From NCBI GenBank assembly GCA_009995455.1, contig JAACPJ010000001.1, positions 45,043-109,042 of the forward strand: a stretch of 64,000 bases of DNA. The letters are read 5' to 3'. The stretch comes from a bacterium (GTDB lineage: Bacteria; Patescibacteriota; Gracilibacteria; UBA4473). Below the pieces are notes generated by a model. It did no database searches and was not told the origin of the DNA. It worked only from the letters and a program-made list of their open reading frames with translations. Within the stretch, counting starts at the first letter, position 1; the number at the start of each line of letters is the position of its first letter. Positions 38,336 through 45,936 of this stretch are shown in pieces. The position numbers were made by a program, and so were the translations under genes.

Positions 38336-39415
38336 ATGACAAAAAAAAGAGTCGTCGTCGGTTTATCCGGCGGCGTTGATTCAAGCGTTACCGCCAAACT
38401 TTTAATCGACCAAGGCTATGAAGTTATTGGGGTTTTTATGAAAAACTGGGATGACAAAGACGACCCCCATTGTCCAGCTGCAGTTGATGCCATGGACGCG
38501 CGAAACGTAGCTGACCATTTAGGGATTCCCTTTTATAGTTTTAACTTTGCGGCTGAATATTGGCGCGATGTATTTGATTATTTTCTCGAACAACATCGCT
38601 TGTTCAGAACGCCGAACCCCGATATCTTGTGTAACCAATTTATTAAATTCAAAGTCTTTTTAGAAGCGGCAGAGAAACTAGGCGCCGATTTCATTGCCAC
38701 CGGACATTACGCTAAAAACCACTTTAACACCGAGACCGGTCTCTTTGAACTACAAGTACCGAACGACGCAAACAAAGACCAAACCTATTTTCTCTATACG
38801 CTGAAGCAGAAAGCGTTAGCCAAAACCCTCTTCCCATTAGCCGACTTACCCAAACCTCGAATCCGAGAAATCGCTTTAGAATCTGGTTTTCATAACGCTA
38901 AAAAGAAAGACTCTACTGGTATTTGCTTTGTGGGGGAACGAGACCACATGGAGTTTTTAAAAAAGTACCTCGAACAAACGCCCGGCGACATTATTACCGA
39001 AAAAAGCGACGTTATTGGGAAGCATATTGGGCTCAGTTTCTATACCATTGGTCAACGACGAAACCTAAACATTGGCGGCGTTAAAGGTTACAGCGAAGCC
39101 CCTTGGTTTGTGCTGGTGAAAGACACTGATAAAAACCAAATCATTGTTTGCCAGAACGATGACAACCCAAGACTTTTTCAAACTGAACTAAAAGCCAATA
39201 GACTCAGTTGGGTCAGTGGGAAAGCCCCAAGTGAAACTCATTTAACGGCCAAAATTCGTTATCGGCAAGATTTTCAAGACTGCACTGCCAGAATGGAAGG
39301 GGAGGAAATTCACGTAACTTTTAAAGACCCCCAACGTGCTGTTACCCCGGGGCAGTCAATTGTGTTTTACGACGAAGCCGAGAAAGTTTGTTTAGGGGGT
39401 GGTGAGATTTGTTAA
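38336..39415 (+). CDS. mnmA: tRNA 2-thiouridine(34) synthase
   Basis: VVVGLSGGVDSSV PP-loop, NPDILCN, GICF motifs. Confidence 0.95.
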   Translation: MTKKRVVVGLSGGVDSSVTAKLLIDQGYEVIGVFMKNWDDKDDPHCPAAVDAMDARNVADHLGIPFYSFNFAAEYWRDVFDYFLEQHRLFRTPNPDILCNQFIKFKVFLEAAEKLGADFIATGHYAKNHFNTETGLFELQVPNDANKDQTYFLYTLKQKALAKTLFPLADLPKPRIREIALESGFHNAKKKDSTGICFVGERDHMEFLKKYLEQTPGDIITEKSDVIGKHIGLSFYTIGQRRNLNIGGVKGYSEAPWFVLVKDTDKNQIIVCQNDDNPRLFQTELKANRLSWVSGKAPSETHLTAKIRYRQDFQDCTARMEGEEIHVTFKDPQRAVTPGQSIVFYDEAEKVCLGGGEIC

Positions 39416-39423
39416 AACATGTC

Positions 39424-40137
39424 TTATGGCTTGAACCGTTTTGGCTCTGACCGCTTCTGGTCCCAACATATAATTAAAGTGACCATGGTGTGTAAAAGAT
39501 GTTCTCTACCACTCTTAAAATCCATTTCGCCCAGCTTTAAAAGCTCGTCTTTTTGAGTCACAAATCGATCATCGATCCTACCTTCTGCATTCAAATGTTT
39601 CATAATAGAAGACTCTGGATTGAGATCTCTAACCGAATGAAACCATTGAGAAACACCCGGCAACGAACTAATTTCTGAAGAGCCACTAAGCGGGGCAGAC
39701 AAAGTCACTATTTTACCAATCCTACTTGAGGTTTGGCTTTTGTTTTTTTCAATCACTTGGGCATAAGCAGCCACGATTCCTCCCAAACTGTGACCAACCA
39801 AATCAACCACCTCACCTTCAGGCATCTTATAAAGAGTGTCCAATAATTGATGGGCTCTTTCTTCAATTCCTTTACGACTCGTAATCGCTTGCAATCCCTC
39901 TGGTAAATCTGTGACTTGTAACAAATTAAAATCAGCATTTACCGCGCTAATTAAATCACCATAATTATTAGTTCCACAAGAAAGACCTGGCAAAACGACT
40001 AATAATCTTTTATTAGCTGAAGCAGGATAATCTGGAAGAGGGGCTTTTAAGGTTTGCAAAAATTGCGGTACTTGATAACGATGATAAGAAGGCGTCGCTA
40101 ATATCTGGGCACCACGCTTCCAATTCTCAAGTGCCAT
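39424..40137 (-). CDS. alpha/beta hydrolase (lipase/esterase-like)
   Basis: GHSLGG nucleophile elbow. Start refined to MALENWKRG at 40137. Confidence 0.65.
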   Translation of the reverse strand: MALENWKRGAQILATPSYHRYQVPQFLQTLKAPLPDYPASANKRLLVVLPGLSCGTNNYGDLISAVNADFNLLQVTDLPEGLQAITSRKGIEERAHQLLDTLYKMPEGEVVDLVGHSLGGIVAAYAQVIEKNKSQTSSRIGKIVTLSAPLSGSSEISSLPGVSQWFHSVRDLNPESSIMKHLNAEGRIDDRFVTQKDELLKLGEMDFKSGREHLLHTMVTLIICWDQKRSEPKRFKP

Positions 40138-40215
40138 ATTGTAATTATAACACAAAAAACAATAAAAGCTATTGTAACAAAAAAGCCCCACATTCGCAGG
40201 GCTTCTTATTTAACT

Positions 40216-40259
40216 GATCCCGGGATGAAAATATTTACTGTAAATTACATCCCGGGATC
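40216..40259. repeat. REP-like doublet (each copy one mismatch)
   Basis: GATCCCGGGATG at 40216-40227 and CATCCCGGGATC at 40248-40259, 32-bp spacing, just 3' of glyA. Confidence 0.75.
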
Positions 40260-40265
40260 TATTCT

Positions 40266-41546
40266 CTACTTCACAAAACTATCTGGAATTGGAAAAGCGT
40301 GTGCAATACCACGAATTTCTTCACGAATCTCTTCTTTCTTCGCTTGATCATCTTTGTGCTTCATCGCTTCAATCATCAGCTCTGCAACTCTTGCGCTTTC
40401 TTTTTCTTTCAACCCACGAGTGGTAATCGCTGGCGTTCCAAAACGAATCCCAGATGGGTCAAACATTGACCGTGTTTCACCCGCAATAGAGTTTTTATTA
40501 AGTGTGATACCCACTTCATCTAAAACCGTTTCGGCTTCTTGCCCCGTCACGTTTAATGAACCGTAAACATCCGCTAAAATAAGATGATTTTCCGTTCCAC
40601 CACCTAGCATTCGCACGTTTTCTCGTTCAAATACATCCGCCATCGCTTTCGCATTTTTTAAAATTTGTTGCGCGTACGCTTTAAATTCTGGCTTCAGGGC
40701 CTCGCCAAACGCAACGGCTTTAGCGGCAATGTTGTTCATGTGTGGGCCGCCTTGCAACCCAGGGAATACTGCTCGATTAACTTTTTTGAAAATATCTTCA
40801 CTATCTTTAATCAAAATCATCCCACCTCGTGGCCCTCTTAGCGATTTGTGCGTCGTCGTAAGAATTACGTCAAAACCATAGTCGAACGGATTTTTAAGCG
40901 CTCCAGCCGCAATTAAACCAGCAATATGGGCCATATCTGCGACTGCGTAAGCCCCAACTTCTTTAGCGATATCGGCAAATTTTTGGTAATCAAGTTCACG
41001 GCTGTAAGCCGAGAAACCCGCAATGATAATTTTTGGTTTTTCCGCTAATGCGGTTTCCCGCATTTCATCAAAATCAATTTCGCCCGTATCAGGATCTTTC
41101 ATCCCGTAAGTCACAAAGTTATATATTTTAGCCGAATGCGTATGAGGATTTCCGTGAGTTAAGTGCCCTCCATGTGAAAGGTCCATTCCCATAATTGTGT
41201 CACCTGGTTTCATCAATGCTGAATACACCGCTAAATTAGCTGGCGCCCCAGATAAAGGCTGCACATTAGCGTATTTACAGTTAAAAAGTTTACAGGCTCG
41301 TTCGATACAAATGTTTTCAATAACATCTGTAAATTCTTGGCCACCATAGTAACGTTTGCCCGGTAATCCTTCAGAGTATTTATTGGTAAAAGAACTTCCC
41401 AAGGCTTCATGAGTGGCTTTAGAAACGTAATTTTCAGATGGAACTAATTCTAAACCATTGGCTTCGCGGTCTTCTTCTCCTCGGATAGCCGCCGCAATGG
41501 CTGGATCTTGAGCTTCGATAAAAGGAATTTGTTGAGCGGTAGACAT
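40266..41546 (-). CDS. glyA: serine hydroxymethyltransferase
   Basis: LELVPSENY, TTTHKSLRGPRGG (PLP Lys). Confidence 0.95.
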   Translation of the reverse strand: MSTAQQIPFIEAQDPAIAAAIRGEEDREANGLELVPSENYVSKATHEALGSSFTNKYSEGLPGKRYYGGQEFTDVIENICIERACKLFNCKYANVQPLSGAPANLAVYSALMKPGDTIMGMDLSHGGHLTHGNPHTHSAKIYNFVTYGMKDPDTGEIDFDEMRETALAEKPKIIIAGFSAYSRELDYQKFADIAKEVGAYAVADMAHIAGLIAAGALKNPFDYGFDVILTTTHKSLRGPRGGMILIKDSEDIFKKVNRAVFPGLQGGPHMNNIAAKAVAFGEALKPEFKAYAQQILKNAKAMADVFERENVRMLGGGTENHLILADVYGSLNVTGQEAETVLDEVGITLNKNSIAGETRSMFDPSGIRFGTPAITTRGLKEKESARVAELMIEAMKHKDDQAKKEEIREEIRGIAHAFPIPDSFVK

Positions 41547-41566
41547 TTTTAAGGGGGGATTAAGTT

Positions 41567-41600
41567 AAATAAAAAGACCGCCCCAGAATTCGAGGCGATC
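41567..41600 (-). terminator. intrinsic terminator inside the glyA 5' leader (attenuator/riboswitch expression platform candidate)
   Basis: Minus-strand GAUCGCCUCG-AAUUC-UGGGGCGGUC (10 bp, 3 G-U) then UCUUUUUAUUU, ending ~20 nt before the glyA ATG. Confidence 0.6.
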
Positions 41601-41701
41601 AGAAAAGACTGCGCAGAAAGACTATACTTCTTTTCGGCCTTTGCCAGAAGGTCTGCGAGCCGCAACTGGAGTGGATAAAATGTGGGTCATTTTTCGCTCC
41701 C

Positions 41702-41731
41702 AATGTACCGTAAATCCTCTGGTTGCGTCAA
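41702..41731 (-). promoter_or_regulatory. candidate glyA promoter
   Basis: Minus-strand TTGACG (41731-41726), 18 nt, TACATT (41707-41702). The hexamers are the same as at metA. Confidence 0.5.
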
Positions 41732-41749
41732 ACAAATTACGTTTCAGTT

Positions 41750-42238
41750 TTAGAAATTTAGATTTCGAATCTCACTCCTCTCAAAAAAGTGCACCAGGAT
41801 TTTTTCCAGCCAGATTTTATCGGTCTCATTAAAAGACGCTTTTTCGGTACTATCAACATCGAAAACCGCTATTAAGTTTTTTTGAGGATCAAAAACCGGC
41901 ACTACAATTTCTGAATTTGAGGCGCTATCGCAGGCAATATGCCCCGGAAAAGCGTGCACATCTTCTACCAATTGTGTTTCACGTGTCTTGGCAGAAGCAC
42001 CACACACGCCTTTACCAAAATCAATATGCAAACAACCAAGAGTACCTTGGTAAGGCCCCACAATTAATTTTTGTGGTTCTGACACCAAATAAAATCCGAC
42101 CCAAAAGTAATACGGAAAATTTGTTTTCAGCACGCAATTAATCGTACTCATTTTAGTGATCCAGTTATCTTCGGTTTTCAGTAGATTTTGTAACTGCTTA
42201 AAAGAGAGTTCGTAAGCTTTAGTTTTAGAAAAAGTCAT
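41750..42238 (-). CDS. msrC: free methionine-(R)-sulfoxide reductase (GAF domain, YebR/MsrC-like)
   Basis: GPYQGTLGCLHIDFGKGVCGAS and VEDVHAFPGHIACDSASNSEIVVPV closely mirror E. coli YebR GPFQGKIACVRIPVGRGVCGTA / IEDVHVFDGHIACDAASNSEIVLPL. Confidence 0.8.
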   Translation of the reverse strand: MTFSKTKAYELSFKQLQNLLKTEDNWITKMSTINCVLKTNFPYYFWVGFYLVSEPQKLIVGPYQGTLGCLHIDFGKGVCGASAKTRETQLVEDVHAFPGHIACDSASNSEIVVPVFDPQKNLIAVFDVDSTEKASFNETDKIWLEKILVHFFERSEIRNLNF

Positions 42239-42266
42239 AGTTATAAAAAGTTAAAAAAATAATAAA

Positions 42267-43565
42267 TTAAGAAAGAACGGCCAGCAAACGACGAGCCACC
42301 TCTTGGTGATAAAAATTAGCCGAATGCAGGCGCACTCCTAGTTTCGCAGCTAGGGCCTCACCCCCTAAATCGGCTTCTGGTAACAATCCGCCCGCAATAC
42401 CAATCGCTCCCGCTTGTGGAATAATTTTTCCCGTTTCGTTGTGCAATAAACCATTCCGATCAACGGCGTATTCGCCCTTACTGAGCTTCGGATTTATTGG
42501 TTCACCAGCCGCATCAAATAAGGGGATTTGATTCGCCATTAAACCCGTCGCCCAAATAAGATGTTCCGGGGCTTCATAAGCCGCGTTTGCTTGAGAAACA
42601 ATTTCAAATGGCGACGAAAAGTTATGAGCTTCAGCTTGGATACGTCTTCCAATTTCCCCCGCTTTACCTCGAGCGCCCGTATACCGAAAGGCGCGATTCG
42701 TTTGGGGGCACACTTCAGATTCTGCAAAATATTGCTGACTCGCTTTATCCCTAAAAAGCAACTTCGAGCCACTTTCAACCGTCTCAATTTGGCTTTCAGC
42801 GCGAAAGGTCTTTATGGGTTGGCCGTTGGTATAAATCTTAAATGAATTTGGTCGTAAATCACGGCCTTGAAATTCTAAATTTTCCACCAACAAAGCCAGG
42901 CAAAGAAGACCAGAGTGACCAGCCCCGACAATGCCTAAATCTTTGCCTGAAGTGTATTTATCAATTAAATCCGCCAAAGCTTCTTCATTAAAAATTGCTT
43001 CTGCCAACGTAAAGCGATCGGCCTCCCAAGTACTGGGTGGAAGTTTGGCTTGAGCGCCCGTGGCAAGAATTAAGTTTTTAACCCGATGTTTTTCGGCTTT
43101 CTCAGTAACAATATCCCAAGCAAGACCATCAGGCTCTTCAACCATTTGCGCACAAGCAATTCTGGTTTCGGTAATGACTTGGCTAGGTGAATTATCGACT
43201 TCCCAAGTGGCTTTTAAAACCCGGCCCACTTGGTTATAAAATTTTGCCACCACTAGCAATGGAACCGTAACCGCCTCTGGGTCATCAATATATTGCTGTA
43301 ACTGTTTGCCTTCTGGCGTGTTCAGACTTTCGGCTAAGGGTGAATTTGGAGAAATGGTTAAAAACTCCGAAGGTAAAGAGTTACTTGGAATACCATTGTA
43401 GTTTCCCAAATTTCCACCCCCCAAAGTGGTCTCGTCGCCTTTTTCAAAAATTAAAACGCCCCGGTGTGATAAATCATTAAAACTTTCTAAATCTGGTTGC
43501 GAAACCGGCAAAGCAATGCCGCCGGTTCCTCCTCCTATAATGCCGAATTCGGCTGCGTATTTCAT
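42267..43565 (-). CDS. FAD/NAD(P)-binding flavoprotein, class B monooxygenase (FMO/N-hydroxylase)-like
   Basis: Two GxGxxG motifs (GIIGGGTGG, LGIVGAGHSG) and LIWATG near the C-terminus. Confidence 0.6.
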   Translation of the reverse strand: MKYAAEFGIIGGGTGGIALPVSQPDLESFNDLSHRGVLIFEKGDETTLGGGNLGNYNGIPSNSLPSEFLTISPNSPLAESLNTPEGKQLQQYIDDPEAVTVPLLVVAKFYNQVGRVLKATWEVDNSPSQVITETRIACAQMVEEPDGLAWDIVTEKAEKHRVKNLILATGAQAKLPPSTWEADRFTLAEAIFNEEALADLIDKYTSGKDLGIVGAGHSGLLCLALLVENLEFQGRDLRPNSFKIYTNGQPIKTFRAESQIETVESGSKLLFRDKASQQYFAESEVCPQTNRAFRYTGARGKAGEIGRRIQAEAHNFSSPFEIVSQANAAYEAPEHLIWATGLMANQIPLFDAAGEPINPKLSKGEYAVDRNGLLHNETGKIIPQAGAIGIAGGLLPEADLGGEALAAKLGVRLHSANFYHQEVARRLLAVLS

Positions 43566-43589
43566 GTTGTAAATTAAGCTTAAATATTA

Positions 43590-43617
43590 AAAAAATCCCC
43601 AGCTTCAGAGGCCGGGG
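43590..43617 (-). terminator. intrinsic terminator between the metA-like gene and the flavoprotein gene
   Basis: Minus-strand CCCCGGC-CUCUGAA-GCUGGGG followed by AUUUUUUU. It pairs fully (one G-U) only on the minus strand. Confidence 0.65.
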
Positions 43618-43646
43618 AAAACTTAAATTGAAATTAATAATGTATC

Positions 43647-43727
43647 TCAATTTAGGCTCACCGCGACCACCGAAACTTTCATTTCGGTTCGCATCAAGGC
43701 CTGCATCATTAAAAAATTAAAGTACAT
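43647..43727 (-). CDS. Met-rich mini-ORF (26 aa), possible second leader peptide
   Basis: MYFNFLMMQALMRTEMKVSVVAVSLN (5 Met). Starts 8 nt after the metA stop and ends 29 nt before the terminator hairpin. Confidence 0.25.
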   Translation of the reverse strand: MYFNFLMMQALMRTEMKVSVVAVSLN

Positions 43728-43735
43728 TTGTGGGT

Positions 43736-44812
43736 TTATTGATTAAAGAGTGCCAGCGGATTTTCCGGATCAACACCTTTCATGTATTTTCGATGTCTGT
43801 CGTAACTGGTAAGTTTTAAAACCGAGCTCACCCAACGGTGAATTAAAGCCGTTCCAGGAGCTTTCCAGGTCACTTTAACCTCTGGCTCAATTTCACCATA
43901 AAATTCTCTTCTAGCCCGCGAACCAACCACGCCAGAGGCGGTAAATTCCCTTAAAAGCAACTCGCCTTCAGGTGTCAAAAATGTGGGAAATGTCGGTTCG
44001 GCTAATTTACCCTCTTTAAATAAATTCAAGTCCCGTAAATACTCTTTAAGTAAACCCAAAGAATCATATTCAGAGTGAGTTTGAATCCCTACAAAATTCA
44101 TTTTTGGATCCGTCGCCGCTCCAACCGATTGGCGCACATTTTCAGCTTGGTTGAGTACTATAAAACCCGCTTGTTCCGCTTGTTCGGCGCTAATGTCTCC
44201 CCAACGCGAAGAAAGGGCATTAAAGTTTGTGTCACCACCACGTGTTAACACGTGCTTTCGAGCAGATTTTGGGACAAAGTGAGGAATTACTCCCCAGTTT
44301 TTTTCATCTCCATTCTCCGGCACCCCGAGTGTTCTTTGCACTCCATATTTTGTCTCTAACAGCGTGTGAAAAGCAAAACAAGAGAATAACCCCGAGGTTA
44401 CTGGCCCCTCTTCAATAGCCTTAACAAGCTTTTGAAAATCTGGTAAATAGGGCACCTCATTTAAAGTTTTGAAATCATGTTCGGTATTAGCACCCGTAAA
44501 AATTAAAGCATCCAAACCTTCATCTAAAACCGCATCAACTCGTCGTCCAAATTGAGCCGCATGTTCGGCCGCTTTTCCGGCTCTCACAACCCCTTCTAGA
44601 TTTACATAATGCAGGTGAATTTGTAAGGATTGATCCGCTAAATTTATTAACTGAGCCCAGTCTTTAATCGTTTGGAAATAAGCACTATCAGGCATCAAAT
44701 TTACTAAACCAAAATGTAATTCCCGAAAGCGGGCCGTTTCCCCACGTGCTTTATCTTCCACTCCTGGCAATCCATCTAAGGTTTTATCTCCTAAGTAATT
44801 AATTAACGACAT
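43736..44812 (-). CDS. metA: MetA-family homoserine O-acyltransferase
   Basis: By-eye alignment to E. coli MetA. LVNLMPDS vs LNLMPKK, LIFTGAN vs LIVTGAP, catalytic Cys in LFSCFAF vs LFVCWAV, and His/Glu in IQTHSEYD vs TGHPEYD. Confidence 0.85.
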   Translation of the reverse strand: MSLINYLGDKTLDGLPGVEDKARGETARFRELHFGLVNLMPDSAYFQTIKDWAQLINLADQSLQIHLHYVNLEGVVRAGKAAEHAAQFGRRVDAVLDEGLDALIFTGANTEHDFKTLNEVPYLPDFQKLVKAIEEGPVTSGLFSCFAFHTLLETKYGVQRTLGVPENGDEKNWGVIPHFVPKSARKHVLTRGGDTNFNALSSRWGDISAEQAEQAGFIVLNQAENVRQSVGAATDPKMNFVGIQTHSEYDSLGLLKEYLRDLNLFKEGKLAEPTFPTFLTPEGELLLREFTASGVVGSRARREFYGEIEPEVKVTWKAPGTALIHRWVSSVLKLTSYDRHRKYMKGVDPENPLALFNQ

Positions 44813-44828
44813 ATTCTAGTTTTAAATA

Positions 44829-44857
44829 ATAAAAAAACCGCCTAGAGCAGGCGGTTT
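44829..44857 (-). terminator. intrinsic terminator inside the metA 5' leader
   Basis: Minus-strand AAACCGCC-UGCUCUA-GGCGGUUU plus a U-run, ending ~17 nt before the metA ATG. No upstream minus-strand gene is available for it to terminate. Confidence 0.65.
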
Positions 44858-44881
44858 AATGTTTAAAGCTTTATTTTTTAG

Positions 44882-44935
44882 CTACACACTAATCCGACTA
44901 CCCTTTTGCAAGAGCATCATCATAGCCATAGCCAT
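44882..44935 (-). CDS. Met-codon leader peptide MAMAMMMLLQKGSRISV
   Basis: ATG GCT ATG GCT ATG ATG ATG CTC TTG CAA AAG GGT AGT CGG ATT AGT GTG TAG. It lies between the promoter and the leader terminator of metA. Confidence 0.55.
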   Translation of the reverse strand: MAMAMMMLLQKGSRISV

Positions 44936-44956
44936 CAATAAATAATTCACGAGCAC

Positions 44957-44985
44957 AATGTAATCAGATTCTTTACAATCGTCAA
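44957..44985 (-). promoter_or_regulatory. candidate metA promoter
   Basis: Minus-strand TTGACG (44985-44980), 17 nt, TACATT (44962-44957). Confidence 0.5.
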
Positions 44986-45021
44986 ATTGCATTTTATCCA
45001 TCTAGCGGTATTAACTCACTA

Positions 45022-45237
45022 ATGAATGGCGAAAAAGGCTTTATGGAAAAAGGGTTAGCCGATCTTTTAGGATTTATTTTACCAGAAGAAAACAAAGAAG
45101 CTAAGGTAAATTTAATAGCCGAAGTAGTACGGGCCTGCCAAGAAGTTATTGAACAATCTGATAAAGATATTTGTGTCATTACCCGTGGTGGGTCGACCCA
45201 AACACTTCTCAAGTTTAGTAAAATTAATACCCTGTGA
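45022..45237 (+). CDS. hypothetical 71-aa protein
   Basis: Protein-like composition, stop 4 nt before the trmB start. Preferred over the overlapping junk-like minus ORF 44994-45326. Confidence 0.5.
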   Translation: MNGEKGFMEKGLADLLGFILPEENKEAKVNLIAEVVRACQEVIEQSDKDICVITRGGSTQTLLKFSKINTL

Positions 45238-45241
45238 CGCG

Positions 45242-45838
45242 ATGAATAAAAGAACCAGAACCCATTCCAACCCACTGGCGAATCTGCAAGAAATACACTT
45301 TGAAGGTTTTGGAAACGATAACCCAATATTTGTCGATGTAGGTGCGTTTAAGGGGGAATTTATGGAAAAACTAGCTGAAAAATTCCCGAATCATAATTTT
45401 ATTTGTTTTGAAATACGCACTCCAATCGCGGAAGCGTTAAAAGAAAAGTTTAAAGATAAGCCTAATTTTAGAGTCTTTGAAGGTGACGCCGCCCGCAACT
45501 TTAAAAATATTCTAGAACCGTGTCTCAATGAGGGCGCTTCCATTGAACAAATTTTTGTAAATTTCCCTGACCCGTGGTTTAAAGACCGCCATAAAAAGCG
45601 CCGTTTTATCACCACCAAGTTTTGCAATGATCTGGCACAATGGTTTCCAGCCAAAACCGAGATTGTATTTCAAACCGATCAACAATTCTTATTTGAAGAA
45701 ACACTCGAATACTTAAAAGAAACACCATACAAAGGCATTAATCAATTTGAAGGCTCTGTGCATGGCATTCCCACCGACTGGGAAACAGCTAAACTGGCAA
45801 AAGGGGAAAAAATCTGGCGCATGAAATTTACGCGTTAG
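45242..45838 (+). CDS. trmB: tRNA (guanine-N7)-methyltransferase
   Basis: VDVGAFKGEF, FVNFPDPWFKDRHKKRR motifs. Start refined to the ATG at 45242. Confidence 0.85.
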   Translation: MNKRTRTHSNPLANLQEIHFEGFGNDNPIFVDVGAFKGEFMEKLAEKFPNHNFICFEIRTPIAEALKEKFKDKPNFRVFEGDAARNFKNILEPCLNEGASIEQIFVNFPDPWFKDRHKKRRFITTKFCNDLAQWFPAKTEIVFQTDQQFLFEETLEYLKETPYKGINQFEGSVHGIPTDWETAKLAKGEKIWRMKFTR

Positions 45839-45856
45839 CTTTATTAATAAAATATG

Positions 45857-45896
45857 AAAAAAGCTTAGGGGTTAGCTGGGTTCCCTAAGCTTTTTT
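45857..45896. terminator. bidirectional terminator between trmB and rny
   Basis: AAGCTTAGGG-12 nt-CCCTAAGCTT flanked by an A-run and a T-run. Confidence 0.75.
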
Positions 45897-45936
45897 AAGT
45901 TCCTTATTAAAAGGGGAAAACATCTCCCCTTCGGCT

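Noticed and set aside
41670-41678. DnaA-box-like AGTGGATAA (8/9 to TGTGGATAA) in the glyA leader.
   Set aside because: It is a single isolated copy with no cluster or AT-rich unwinding element, and is most likely chance.
44858-44900. SAM-II/SAM-V-like riboswitch in the metA leader, because of AGCU...AAAGCUUUA strings.
   Set aside because: I cannot reconstruct the H-type pseudoknot or the conserved core from memory with confidence. The Met-codon ORF offers a more specific explanation. A covariance-model search is still needed.
44994-45326. 110-aa minus-strand ORF spanning the 45022-45237 ORF and the trmB start.
   Set aside because: Its sequence is junk-like (WFFYSSRHRV...). It conflicts with two plus-strand ORFs of protein-like composition, and it would also run through the metA promoter region.
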